Shown: positions 1 through 10,800, counted from the stretch's first letter. The stretch: DNA of 64,000 nt from Diplonema japonicum (GCA_964019335.1 OZ025740.1:1-64000); one strand, 5' to 3'. Notes: generated from the sequence alone by a model not told the origin. A program made the numbers and translations.

Positions 1-3000
1 GGGTGTTGCCCTCCGAGGAGGAGTCGGAGGCGTCCGACTGAGACGTCCCCTCCATGGGTTCCCCACCCTCTATCGAATCACTCTTCTCCTCCTCCTCCTC
101 CGCGGACATGTCGGTCGGGCCCACCTCCTCCGCAGGGGTGGAGGTGTATCCCAGCGACGTCCCTCCGCCCTGCCCATCCCCGCTCTCTTCCGTGTCCTCC
201 TCCATCAAGCCGGGCTCCTCCTCCTGAGGACTTCCCTCCCCCATGGACAAGTCGGCTGTTTCGTTTTCTTTAGAACCTGAGATGTCCACCCGCGGGGCAG
301 CGGGGCCTGCCTGCGGAACCCACCCTTCTGCGAGCGAGCTCCCTGCCGTATCCTCCTCCATCGCGTCGGGGCTGGAGATGTCTGGTAGCGGCACTGCCCC
401 CCAGGGCTCCCTCACCTCCGTCGCGTCAGGGGTTCCCCCCTCCCCCGCGGGGGCCAAGTCCGTCCCTCCGACGACCGGGGGGGCGGCGGGGATGTCCGCC
501 TGCGGAGCACCGCCCTCCAGCCCGTCCTCGCTTTCCACCTCCATCAAGCCGAAGTCCTCCCCCTGCAATGAGAGAGGGCCTGTCTGCAACGCCTGCTCCT
601 CTGGCATGTCCTCTGCCGGGTCCTCCTCCATCGCGCTGGGGCCATCCTGCGTCGTGCACACTTCCTCCTCTCCAGCGGGCATGTCGGCTGATTCGGTTTT
701 TGTCGTGCCTGACGCGTCCTCCGTCGAGGGTGGGGGGGCGCCCGCTGCCTGGGCTTCCTCGTCTCCTGGGCCATCGGGGGGGATGTCTGGGGCCGGGGGT
801 GGGTCGGGCGGTGCTTGTGTCTCTTTGATCGGGTGCCTCCTCCTCGTCTCCACTGCCACCTCTCTCATGAGGGCTACGCTCAGTTCCTCTGTCATGGTCC
901 TATAGACCTCCGTCGCGTCCCGCTGCCTCTTCTTCGCCACCTCCGCCGCGATCCTCTTCAGCACCCTCCTGGCGTCGGTCCCGAACCCGCCAAACGTCTC
1001 CAGAGCACAGGGGGTGAACCGTATCCGGGCTCTCTCGCAGTCGCTCGCGTACTTCGCCCGCTTCGACTCCGCCTGTTTCTCCGCAGCCGCCCCCGGAACC
1101 GCCATTGCCGCCGCCAGGTGGGCGCTCGCGCACGGGTGGACCACCGTCACGTCGATGGCCAGAGGGCCCTCGCCTTCCACCCCCATCGGGAGGTAAACGT
1201 CAGCAGGCTTTCTCCCGTCACCCAGGAGGCCTTGTTGCTCCTTCACCGCTTGCAACCCGCCGCTGTAGCAGTGCTTCACCAACATGTCCCTCACCCTGTC
1301 GTGCCTCTTCGTCATGACCGCACCTCTCTTGCAAACCATGGCATGGTCGCCTAGGGCGTCGTTGTCCTCACCGCACATCGGGCACTTCCCCTCGGACCCG
1401 ACTGCGGTGCCAAGGAGCCAGCTGGTCAGCGTCCTGAACTCATCGTTCTTTAGTTCGTTATTCAAGCCCGTGATCGCCGTCAGCCAAGCCCCTGCTTTGT
1501 GAACCTTCAGCGAGTTCAACCTGGCCTTGTCCCTACCACCCGGGGAGCTCCCGAACAGCGCACCCCAGGACTTCTCCTCGAGGATCTGCGACATCTTCCT
1601 CTGAGGGTACAGCCTCGGGGTGTTTCGCAGCAGGTCCACGGAGAGCCTGTCAGGATCGTCGGCTGCGAGGTGGCCGTTGAACCACTCGACCCCCCACTCC
1701 CAGCCACCCGCCAGTGAAGCGTCCCAGTCGTACCCCCCCAGGATCTCCGACGCCAGCTCCTGGGTCGCCGCCAGCGAGGCCATGTTCGCCACTAGGGCGT
1801 GTTCGCTGCAGCTGCGAAGGCCCATCCCTCCCCTCCTCGTCGCAAGCTTCGCCTGGCTCCACTCCCTCTCCCCGAGCTCCCGGGCAAGAAGGTGCTCCAT
1901 CGCCCCCTTCACCAGGCCGTCGAATTCCGTCAAGGGGCCCGCTAGCTGCGTGTGCGGTACCGTGCGCATGAGGTGGACCATCTTGCTGTACGAGCTGCAG
2001 TTCTTCACCAAGGCGTAGCCCGACTGGGTCCTCATCTTCTTCTGCATCTCGAAGGTCTTGCCCAGGGCCTCGAGCTTCTTTGCCAAGAAGGCCTTCGTGT
2101 ACTCCGCGTCCCCTATGGGGGTCCCCAGGAGCTCGAAGTTCCCATCCGAGCTCATTTTCTCCTTGGAGAAACCGGAGAAGCCCCACTCTTCTGGGTCGGT
2201 CGGCTTCTCACCAGACACCCAGATCAACTCGCACTTCTGCGGCTTCACCTTCAGGCCTCGCTTCGCCGACTCCTCTACCACGATGCGGTAGGCCTTCTCC
2301 ACCTGTCCCCTCTCTCCGGCCAGGAACCCGTCATCGAGGTAGAAGAACTGGAGGTCCAGACTTGTATCCGCCCTTATCTTCTCCAGTACTGGCTGCAGCG
2401 CGAGGGAGAACAGCAACGGACCCACCGGGTCGCCCTGCTGGACCCCCTCCCTCGAGAGTAGCTCCGTCCCCTCGTGGAACAGCTTGGATGGGTGTCTGTA
2501 GCAAGATTCGGCCCACTTGTACCCCTTGGGAACCTTCGCGCACGCCTCCTTTAGCATCTCGTACCTGCTGATTGTGTTGAAGGCGTTTGCGTAGTCTATC
2601 TTGATCGCCACTCGGGACACGTCGTCCTGTTTCGCCTTCTCCACGTACTGCCTTGTCGCGTGGACAGCCGCCTCCATCCCCGCGGGGACCGCCACCCCGA
2701 TCTGGCCCCCCTTCCTCAGGTAGGACTTGGCCACTTCCGCCCCTTCCTTGTCAAGGATTGCCTTCCCTACAAGTCGTCTCAGGCTCTCTCCTACGGCGAT
2801 CGGACGGACTCCCCTGTCCGGTTTCCGCAGCGGAATCAAGCTCGCCCCTAGTAGCACCGGTGCCACCTCAGCCGGAGTCTGACCTCTGGCCATGATATTG
2901 CACACCTCGGTGAGAGCCGCCAGGGCCCCTACTTCCGTCACCACGCCGTCCACCCCGTCCTTCAGGTGTTGGGCGCTCAACCCAGTCGGCCCAGCCGCTT

Positions 3001-6000
3001 TCCCCTTGTCAAAGTCCCGGACCATGCTCAGAACGTCGACGGCCGTGACGTCCTCGAAGGAGTCAGCCGGATTCAGTTCTAGCCCCGAGGGGTCAACCGA
3101 TGCCTCAGGGTGGAGGCCCAGGAGCTTCTCGAAGGTCTCGGTGGAGTCCTCCGCCAACCCTCCCGCAGTTAGCGCTGCGTTGGCTCTGGAGAAGCGCCCA
3201 TCCCTGCACAGCGTCTCCCCTCTCTTCAGCCTGGATTCGTCGTCTGGATCCTTCGAGACTCTCTTCTCCGATAGGGGGACTCCGTTCCACACCTGCTGGT
3301 ACTCCCCTCTGATCCAGGCCTCCAACTTCTGCTTGGCGCTGCTCTCCCCGGACTTCCGACGTGCCTTTCCACCCCTGCGTCTGCCCAGGCAAGCCTTCGG
3401 AAGCATCAGGAGCAGCACCCACGACAGGTAGGAGTTCTCCTGCTTCACCCTCACCAGTGCCGTCTTCAGCGCCAGACTCCACAGCCCTTGGAGCGGGACG
3501 GGGATGTGCTTCATGAGGCCCACTTTCCGGGTGGCCACCTCCTCCAGAGAAGGAAGTGCGTCCCGGCTAGGGGCCGCCTTCACATCCACGGGACCCCCAG
3601 GAGCGCTGTACCTGGCGATGCACCTGACGTGAGCCGCCTCCCGTTCGCCCACCACCGACCCACACACGCAGGTCTTGAGGCCAAACTTCTTCAGCTCCTG
3701 CGGGAGTACCTCCTCGTCCAGCAGGTGGTCGTTCAAGTGGGACTTCAGCAGTTCCCACCCCAAGATCGCCGGGCCTCCCATGTGGGACGACCTCTCGCAC
3801 CCCCTCACCGGGCACTGGAAACTCCTGACCTTGCTGTCCAGTCGTGGGGCATCCTTCATGTGGTGTCCGTTGGGCCTGATGGAGGACTCCGGCATCAGGA
3901 GGTGGGCGAGGTCCAGGATGGCGGGCCTGGTCCCCGAGGGGGCTAGCCTCGCCTCCACCGCCCAATCCACCAGGGTGGACTTTCCGCCCTCCGAGACCAA
4001 CACAGGCCTGTAGTGGGATCCCGTGAAGCCAAGCACCACCGTATCCTCCGGTTCCCTTGCCTCCCCGAGCTTCAAGACCTGGGCGTCACCCCCGGTCACG
4101 ACCACGACCGTCTTTTGCCAGACCTCCACCGCCGCCTGCAGACAAAGGTGGTCCCCCCACTCCCCTTGCTTTGCCATGTAGTGGATGTAGGCCTCAAAAC
4201 CGATCGGATCCACAAAGCTCTCGAACCTGCCCCTGTTGTCCCTTATGTGGTTGACCACCCGACTCCTCACCTCTCCGTGTCGTTCCTTCTCCCCCAGCAG
4301 CACCACAGCCAGAGAGCGGAACAAGCAATCCCCTCCGCCCCCAGCATCCTCCTCCTTGGCACCCACCTCGTGCAGGATCGACTCCCTGGTGACAGACGAG
4401 CCCGATATCCCACGGACGAGGCGGGAGGGCTCCTTCTCGGGCTTGGGCCGGCAATTCACGCACCGCTCCTTGTTCCCCGCCGTGAACAGCACGCTGCACC
4501 CTCCGCAGATCGCGAAACCCATCGCCTTCGCGTTCTCTGGCGTGAGCTCTCCGGCGTGGGTCTTCGACAGGTGGTACTGCAAGCCCGCCTTCGACGAGTG
4601 CTCTTTCTTACCCTTCTCACACAGCAGGCACTCCCACACTCCGTCGGTCCTTCGGGAAGCCCCGGCCGTGCTCCTACTGGTGGCGGGGGGGCCTCCGGCT
4701 GCGCCTGGGGGCGGAGGCGGGGGTGGGGGTTGGGAAAGCGTTGCTCCGCCTTTGAGCGAGGAGGCTTCTAAGGGGAGGGGGGGCACGGGGCTCCGATAGA
4801 CCACCCTGGTATAGGGCCCCCAACGTCTCCTGGCCACCCACCTCTTCCTCGCAAGGTGTTTCCCGGCCCTCGACCTGATGGCCCTCCTGGCCATCGCAGC
4901 CCTCTCCTCCGCTTCCGCTATCCCGATGAGCCGGGCTGCAACAGCTGGAGGGGCGGGACCGCACCCCTTCTTCTTGCAGGCTTCCCTTTCCCTCCTCTTC
5001 TCGACCCTTCTCTGGCGGTGCAGCCTCCTCCGCTCCCTGTCAGCGATTTCCCTAGCCTTCTCCCTGGCCTGGGCCCTCTCCTCGCGGCGCCTTTGGAGGG
5101 TGGCCTCGCTACGGTGTCTCCTCCTCCGGCCCTTCGTCACCGTCTGCCTCGTCTTCCGGGGTCCCGGGGCCAACCAGGGTACTCCCCCTCCATTCCTCCC
5201 CTGCGGGGCGCGCTCCGGCTTCCATCTTTCCTCCTGGGCCACCGCCCCCACCACCCCCTGGAGGGTGGTGGAAACGGGGGCCAGGACCCCCCTCCTGTTA
5301 GTGAGTGTGGGTGTGTTTTTTTGTTTATTTTCCACCCTCAAAAAAAGTCCCGGACCCATTCGGATCCGGGTGTAAAGGGGGGGTGACAATGGGGGGGCCG
5401 AAGGGGCGCTAACCTCTCTAGGGAGAGCACCCTTCTCTTTTTTCTTCTTATCCTCCTTCTGGGAGGAAACAAAGGGGGGGGAATCCGCTTGGGGGGGGTT
5501 TGCAAGGGGGGGATTTACAAGAGGGGGGACAGATAAACCATAAATAGAAGAAGCAGAGGAAGGGGCGCTACCCTCTCTCGGGAGTGCACCCTTCCCTTTT
5601 TTTTTTTTCTTATCCTCCTCCTGGGAGGGAACAAAGGGGGGGGGATCTACAAGGGGGGGGTTTACAAGGGGGGAATTTACAAGAGGGGGGACAGATAAAC
5701 AAGAGAAAGAAGAAAAAGAAGAAGCGGAGGAAGGGGGGGAGTTTACAAGAGGGGAGACAGATAATCCAGAGATAGAAGAAGCAGAGGAAGGGGCGCTACC
5801 CTCTCTCGGGAGTGCACCCTTACCTATTTTTTTCTTGTCCTCCCCCTGGGAAGAAACAAAGGGGGGGGAATCTACAATGGGGGGGTTTACAAGGGGGGAA
5901 TTTACAAGAGGGGGGACAGATAAACAAGAGAAAGAAGAACAAGAAGAAGCGGAGGAAGGGGGGGAAGGGGCGCCTCCCTCTCTCGGGGACACCTCCTTCG

Positions 6001-6874
6001 CACTCTCTTTCCTTCTCCCCACAAACACAGTATTTTTTTTTTCTATTTCCTCCACAGAGGACACAGAGGGGGAGGGGAGGGGCACGGGGCAGCCAACCGT
6101 CCGCAGGGTGATCGACACCCTGGAGCCCGAAGAACACCCTTCGGGGATGTGGTGGGTCCATTCGTAGCGGGCCTCACCCTCCAGAATGGCCCAGGTGAAG
6201 GGAGGCACCAGGTACTTCGATACCCTGGACCCCTTCTTCAGGACCATCGTGGTCTCTGCGCCGTACGAGAGGATGAGGACCACTGGTCCCAACCTCACGT
6301 CGTCGGTGTGGTGGGCGATTCCACACCCAGGCTCGTATCGATTTACGAGCACCTGGTCTGGGGTGATCCCCAGCCCCGCTGCGGTGGCCACCTCCGCCAC
6401 CCAACCCCTGGCCCCCTCTGGGATCGGGGTGGTGCGGCGCACTTTGGCACGGGCAACCACCCACCTGAAACCAAATTGGAGGGTTTCCCTCCCTTTGTTC
6501 CCCGAAATGGACTCCCACCCCCCCGAGAGCAAGGTCTCTGGGTGGGTGGGAGCTGGGCCTGTTCTTAAGCCCGGGGGGTGGTCCCCTCCCGTGAGCACCC
6601 ACCCTCCTTCTTTCTTTTTTTCCCCCCTCTCAGTCTTCAGGCGGGTGGCGGTGGCGGCTGCGGAATCGGGAGCGGGCGCGCTGGCTGCGGGTGGTTCTAT
6701 TTTTTTATGTTTTTTATTATTTTTTACGACATCTAGAGGGGATCTAAGGGGAGGGGAGGGGTCATACTGCCCGGCCAGATTTCGGTCTGGTCGGGTGGTC
6801 GGCTTGGTCGGCGTCTCTCGTAGGCGTTCCTCCTGCGGGCGGCGGTCTCCGACGACGTTTCGTCTAGGGTCCAT
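1..6874 (-). CDS. Retrotransposon polyprotein (>2290 aa, runs off the window): AlkB (~6100-6600), repeat linker, C2H2 ZnF (~4550-4640), OTU (~4005-4345), ZnF, RT (~1800-3050), CCHC + RLE (~950-1400), low-complexity C-terminal tail
   Basis: Manual translation from 6874: MDPRRNVVGD...QVLVNRYEPGCGIAHHTDD...WTHHIP...RVSITLR; GDCLFRSLA...WGDHLCLQAA...GSHY; FFYLDDG (~2325-2346); RHDRVRD, PADVY, AIDVTVVHP, KRAKY, ALETFGGFG. The ORF is absent from the track, consistent with no in-frame stop before the window edge, and all antisense shadow ORFs share one frame. Confidence 0.88.
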   Translation of the reverse strand, partial: MDPRRNVVGDRRPQEERLRETPTKPTTRPDRNLAGQYDPSPPLRSPLDVVKNNKKHKKIEPPAASAPAPDSAAATATRLKTERGEKKKEGGWVLTGGDHPPGLRTGPAPTHPETLLSGGWESISGNKGRETLQFGFRWVVARAKVRRTTPIPEGARGWVAEVATAAGLGITPDQVLVNRYEPGCGIAHHTDDVRLGPVVLILSYGAETTMVLKKGSRVSKYLVPPFTWAILEGEARYEWTHHIPEGCSSGSRVSITLRTVGCPVPLPSPSVSSVEEIEKKNTVFVGRRKESAKEVSPREGGAPSPPSSASSCSSFSCLSVPPLVNSPLVNPPIVDSPPFVSSQGEDKKKIGKGALPREGSAPSSASSISGLSVSPLVNSPPSSASSFSSFSCLSVPPLVNSPLVNPPLVDPPPFVPSQEEDKKKKKGKGALPREGSAPSSASSIYGLSVPPLVNPPLANPPQADSPPFVSSQKEDKKKKEKGALPREVSAPSAPPLSPPLYTRIRMGPGLFLRVENKQKNTPTLTNRRGVLAPVSTTLQGVVGAVAQEERWKPERAPQGRNGGGVPWLAPGPRKTRQTVTKGRRRRHRSEATLQRRREERAQAREKAREIADRERRRLHRQRRVEKRREREACKKKGCGPAPPAVAARLIGIAEAEERAAMARRAIRSRAGKHLARKRWVARRRWGPYTRVVYRSPVPPLPLEASSLKGGATLSQPPPPPPPPGAAGGPPATSRSTAGASRRTDGVWECLLCEKGKKEHSSKAGLQYHLSKTHAGELTPENAKAMGFAICGGCSVLFTAGNKERCVNCRPKPEKEPSRLVRGISGSSVTRESILHEVGAKEEDAGGGGDCLFRSLAVVLLGEKERHGEVRSRVVNHIRDNRGRFESFVDPIGFEAYIHYMAKQGEWGDHLCLQAAVEVWQKTVVVVTGGDAQVLKLGEAREPEDTVVLGFTGSHYRPVLVSEGGKSTLVDWAVEARLAPSGTRPAILDLAHLLMPESSIRPNGHHMKDAPRLDSKVRSFQCPVRGCERSSHMGGPAILGWELLKSHLNDHLLDEEVLPQELKKFGLKTCVCGSVVGEREAAHVRCIARYSAPGGPVDVKAAPSRDALPSLEEVATRKVGLMKHIPVPLQGLWSLALKTALVRVKQENSYLSWVLLLMLPKACLGRRRGGKARRKSGESSAKQKLEAWIRGEYQQVWNGVPLSEKRVSKDPDDESRLKRGETLCRDGRFSRANAALTAGGLAEDSTETFEKLLGLHPEASVDPSGLELNPADSFEDVTAVDVLSMVRDFDKGKAAGPTGLSAQHLKDGVDGVVTEVGALAALTEVCNIMARGQTPAEVAPVLLGASLIPLRKPDRGVRPIAVGESLRRLVGKAILDKEGAEVAKSYLRKGGQIGVAVPAGMEAAVHATRQYVEKAKQDDVSRVAIKIDYANAFNTISRYEMLKEACAKVPKGYKWAESCYRHPSKLFHEGTELLSREGVQQGDPVGPLLFSLALQPVLEKIRADTSLDLQFFYLDDGFLAGERGQVEKAYRIVVEESAKRGLKVKPQKCELIWVSGEKPTDPEEWGFSGFSKEKMSSDGNFELLGTPIGDAEYTKAFLAKKLEALGKTFEMQKKMRTQSGYALVKNCSSYSKMVHLMRTVPHTQLAGPLTEFDGLVKGAMEHLLARELGEREWSQAKLATRRGGMGLRSCSEHALVANMASLAATQELASEILGGYDWDASLAGGWEWGVEWFNGHLAADDPDRLSVDLLRNTPRLYPQRKMSQILEEKSWGALFGSSPGGRDKARLNSLKVHKAGAWLTAITGLNNELKNDEFRTLTSWLLGTAVGSEGKCPMCGEDNDALGDHAMVCKRGAVMTKRHDRVRDMLVKHCYSGGLQAVKEQQGLLGDGRKPADVYLPMGVEGEGPLAIDVTVVHPCASAHLAAAMAVPGAAAEKQAESKRAKYASDCERARIRFTPCALETFGGFGTDARRVLKRIAAEVAKKRQRDATEVYRTMTEELSVALMREVAVETRRRHPIKETQAPPDPPPAPDIPPDGPGDEEAQAAGAPPPSTEDASGTTKTESADMPAGEEEVCTTQDGPSAMEEDPAEDMPEEQALQTGPLSLQGEDFGLMEVESEDGLEGGAPQADIPAAPPVVGGTDLAPAGEGGTPDATEVREPWGAVPLPDISSPDAMEEDTAGSSLAEGWVPQAGPAAPRVDISGSKENETADLSMGEGSPQEEEPGLMEEDTEESGDGQGGGTSLGYTSTPAEEVGPTDMSAEEEEEKSDSIEGGEPMEGTSQSDASDSSSEGNT
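5400..6060. repeat. Imperfect in-frame tandem repeats (3-4 units, ~150-230 bp) in the linker after AlkB
   Basis: Recurrent GAAGGGGCGCTACCCTCTCTCGGGAGTGCACCC and TTTACAAGAGGGGGGACAGATAAAC blocks. Confidence 0.8.
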
Positions 6875-7013
6875 TTTTATTTTTTTTTTTTTGTGTTGAG
6901 GGGGGAGGGGATCCTTTGCTAAACGGCAGGCGGGCCGGGCCGAAACAACCCCCCCAGACGACGACGAACGGACACCGAGCGGACGCAGCAGGCACCACAA
7001 AAACACAGACGAC

Positions 7014-7052
7014 CAATAAAGTACAGAAACTGTAGCTTTAGAATCGTTGGTT
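7014..7052 (-). other. Genomic copy of the 39-nt spliced-leader exon AACCAACGATTCTAAAGCTACAGTTTCTGTACTTTATTG
   Basis: 39 nt ending in the conserved euglenozoan SL 3' half CAGTTTCTGTACTTTATTG; the AACCAACGAT start resembles diplonemid SLs. Confidence 0.93.
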
Positions 7053-7057
7053 TTTTT

Positions 7058-7128
7058 AAAAAGGGGGACTTGAGAAAATAAATAAAAAGGGGGACTTGAG
7101 AAAATAAATAAAAAGGGGGACTTGAGAA
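7058..7128. repeat. 26-bp tandem repeat (~2.7 copies) abutting the 5' end of copy A
   Basis: AAAAAGGGGGACTTGAGAAAATAAAT at 7058, 7084 and partially at 7110. Confidence 0.85.
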
Positions 7129-7820
7129 TGTTTTTTTTTTTTTTTTTTCTTCAAAAGACACACAAGGCACGATAAATCTTAAGAGAAAATAAAAATATTC
7201 CAAAACAGACAATCAAGTTCCAACCTGCGAGGAAGGCATGGGTTTCTCTTTTTCTTTATGGGAGGGAGAGGGGAAGAAGAAGAAGCAACTCCAAATGATA
7301 AAAATTCAAAAATAAAAATCTCAAAAAAGGCTTAAAAGAAGAAGAGGCAAATTCAAAAACATACTAGGGAGGAATGAGTGGGGCAGGGGGTAAAATTTAG
7401 GAGGGGGAAAGAGGGAGAATCAAAAAAGGGGAAAGGGGCAGAGTGACCAATGTCCATGCGAAAAAGCATAGAGCGGGGGAAGAAGAAAATCAAAAACAGG
7501 AAAAACACATCACCACAAAAGAAAAAAGAAAAAAAAAAAAAAACGTCGACCGAGATGGTTCCACTTCAAAAAGAAAAAGAAAAAGAAAAACAGAAAAATA
7601 AAAAAAAAAAAAAAAAAAAAAAAGGAAAAACAAAAAGAAAAAAAAAAAAAAAAGGAAAAAAAAAAAAAATCTAAGTGGTTCTATCTAGCCTGGCCGTTGT
7701 AGCACCTGTTCCCTATTCTTTTATTTTTCCCTTTTTTTTTTTCTCAGAAAAAAAAAAAAAAAAGTTTCACATCTTCCTATGGCGGGGGGGGGGAGAACAG
7801 CCCCCCACACCCCCGCTGGC

Positions 7821-10800
7821 CTATCTGGCCAGCGAGCCTTTGGACCTCTTCTTGTGGGGTATGGGCCCCACCCGTGCCCTCCCCGACTCGAGCTGCAGCC
7901 AAGCCACCGCACTGTTCACCGGGGCCCAGTTCTCCTTGTTGCGCACCTTGACCGTGTCCCGCACCAGGTCGTCGCTCCCCAGCTCTTCCATCAACCTGTG
8001 CTCCGCCAAGAACTTGAACTGGGGCCCGGTCATCCCCTTGAGCTCACCCCTGCATATGTTGGCTTCGACCACGGTGCCATCCGCCCCCGTACCCTTCAGA
8101 TAGATGTAGCCACCCTCCACACAATCCGAGTCAGTACTGGCCGATCGGGCCCGGGCCCGCTTCTTGTCCTTCTTGCTCCACTTCAGCTCTTCCAGGGTGG
8201 GGAGGTCCGTGGCAACCACCTCAGGCCGCCTCTCCCTGTCTTCCTCCTTCTTCCGGGCCAACAGCCCAAGGTACCTCTCAAAGGAGACGTCCTCGAACAA
8301 CCCCGGGACCGTCACCACCGCTGACTGCAGGTCGACCTCTTCAACACCCATCTTCCGCAGATGGTCCTGGACAGTGCGCCTCGTCTCCTTCTCGCAGGGC
8401 CCCCTCCCCTCGTAGACGTCGAGGGTGACCTTCCTTCCATCCCTCACCCACGCCTTCACTTTGATCAGGTCCTTGACCTTTCCCACTGGGGCCCTTATCC
8501 TTGCGTCGCACCTCTCCAAGAACTCACGTAGTGTCACCTTGGTAGCGCCGGCTCCCGCCGCAATGCCCACTACCCCTTCCTTCCCCGGTGTCGGGTGGTG
8601 TCTGCACCCCCGGGTCTGCAACTTGACCACCCTCCATGCCGTTTCCAGAGTCCCCTTGAGCACGCCACCCTTGAAACGAACAGGTTGCACCGCCGAACAC
8701 CCACACGCATACGTGATCTGGAAATCCTGGACCGTCCTCGGGAACTCGAACTCGCGGTATGTTTCCGACTTCTGCACCTCACAACCCACAATGCGGCTGC
8801 GGCGCTCTCCGTCCGACCCACCTTCCAAGCTTGCGAAGTACTGCTTTACCATCATGTATCCAAGTCCAGCGATACCAATCTGGCCAGCCATAGCCACCTC
8901 CAGTGGAACACCCAGCGACTCGGCCTTCGCAAGAAGCATCTCCTCAGTCCTCTCCCTTCCAGGGTCCGTTCCTTCTTCAAGGATGATCTCCACCCGGCCC
9001 TCGAACTGGATGATGAACTTGAGCAGTCGGTCCCCCGGCCTCGCCCTCAGTGGCACCATCGCTCTCGGAATTGGGATGCCCATCACCACATCAATCGGGT
9101 CAAGCTGAACGAAGTCTCCCCCTACTTCCACCTGCTGTTCCCTTTCCGGTGCCCCGACTCCCATCAGCTGATCTCCCTCCGGCGTCTGGATCCCACCCCT
9201 AGGTGTGTCAGGCCCCGACTGGCTGCCTCCGCTCGGTGCGTTCCCGCCCTCTTTGGTCCCTTCGGGGGCGTCATCCGCCTGCGGCTTCAGAGTCCTCCCA
9301 CCGCCCTGTCTCTTCGCAGCTTGTTCCCTACAGAATTCGCTCACGGTCATCTTCCTCGTAGCAGTTGTCGCACTCTGGTCCCCCTTGTTCGAGTCCCTCT
9401 GGGCCTCCGTATCCCCCTTAGGACACTGGTCCAAGGTCTGGTTCACCGCAGCGTCAGTCGCCCCTTGTCTCTTCCCATCTTCCTGGGCCTTCGGGTCAAG
9501 CTCCCCTCCCTGCCCAGCCCTCTCGCTGGATCCTGTTCCGACCATCTCCGTGTCTTCTCCTCCCGGCGAGGCTGCTTCGAGTCCTGCTCCCGCTTTCCCT
9601 TGTGTTCCACCCTCCACCGGTTCCGCCTTTCGCTGCTGCTGCATTCGGGCGTCCAGGTCCTTCTTCGTCTGCTCCAGAAGGGCATCCAGCTGGTGGGCCA
9701 CCGTGATTGGGGGTCCGCCTCCCTGTCCCTTCACTTCCCTCTCGGACGACTCCTCAGCTTCGGTGGTTTTTTCATTGCCGAAGGAGTCCTCTGTGAGGTC
9801 AGTGTTGGATTCAGTGTTGGGTTCGTTGTTCGCTTCCTCGTTGTCCTTTTTTTCCTCTTCGCCGTCCGGTACCGGGGGCCCTGGATCCAACTGTACAGGC
9901 CCTTTGACTAACAGCGCCCCTGCTATCGATCTCATCATGGCCGTTGACACCTCTTGGACCACACGCCTGTGTATCGAGACTCTGTCCCCGTGAGCCCGCG
10001 CAGCTATGCTCCTGGACAGTTTCTTCGTGAGGTAGACTGCTGCCTCCCCGAACCCCCCAAAGGTCTCCATCGCGAAAGGTACAAAGGCCACGCGTGTCTT
10101 GGCGAGCTCCGCCTCATACTTCTGGCGCTTGTAGTGTTCCGCCTTCGCCGCTGCGTATCCCGCAGTCTTCGCCGCCTGGTTGACACAAGACTCGTTCCTC
10201 GGGTGCACGATGACCACGTCCATAGCCATTGGGCGGGAACCCCCCACCCCACCTGGGAAGAACACGTCCGCCGGGCGCTGGGACGACCCCGGGATCAGCC
10301 CCGTCTTCTCCATCGTTGCGCTCACCCCGGCCCACTGACAGTGTCTGTGGATGGTCTCCTTCACCCGGTCGTGCCTCGCAATCCTGGCGTTGCCGCATCC
10401 CTGGGCATGGTCACCCCATACGTCCATCCCCTCAGTCTTGCACCTCGGGTCGTGGCAGCTCTCACCCTGCTTGTAGACCGGAGCCCCCAACCACCACTTG
10501 ATCAGAGCCCCAAACTCGTTGTCCGACAGCTGGTTGTAGAAGTCAGGCGTCGCCGTCAACCACGCTCCCGCATAGTGCATTGACTCCGACATCAACCTCG
10601 CTCTCGAGCGTGCATCTGCTTTCGCCAAGAGGTCCTCCAGCGCCTTCTCATCAAGCACCCTAGAGAGCCACCTCTGGCTGCAGATGTGGGGGGCCTTGGC
10701 CACCATGTCGGGTGTAATCTGCATGCCGCCCTTCGTCCTGTTGAACCACTCGAGCCAGCTCCCCCATACACCCCCTTCCAGCCCATGTTCGTATTTGGGA

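Larger units (their letters stand above)
1..7052 (-). mobile_element. CRE/SLACS-like RLE non-LTR retrotransposon, copy A (3' end lies outside the window); starts with a full spliced leader
   Basis: SL at 7052-7014, short 5' UTR, ATG at 6874, then AlkB, ZnF, OTU, RT and RLE motifs in one frame. Confidence 0.92.

Noticed and set aside
6940-7052. A functional SL RNA gene (SL followed by GT)
   Set aside because: The sequence after the SL leads into the element 5' UTR, differs from that after the second SL, and there is no tandem array. Not fully excluded without the species' SL intron sequence.
7058-7128. CRISPR-like array
   Set aside because: Contiguous repeats without spacers, eukaryotic context, no cas genes.
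7159-7180. Possible TSD of copy B (CACACAAGGCACGATAAATCTT vs CACACAAGCACGAAATTCTT at ~16807)
   Set aside because: It needs several indels in ~20 nt for an otherwise young element and overlaps the RT fragment; may be chance.
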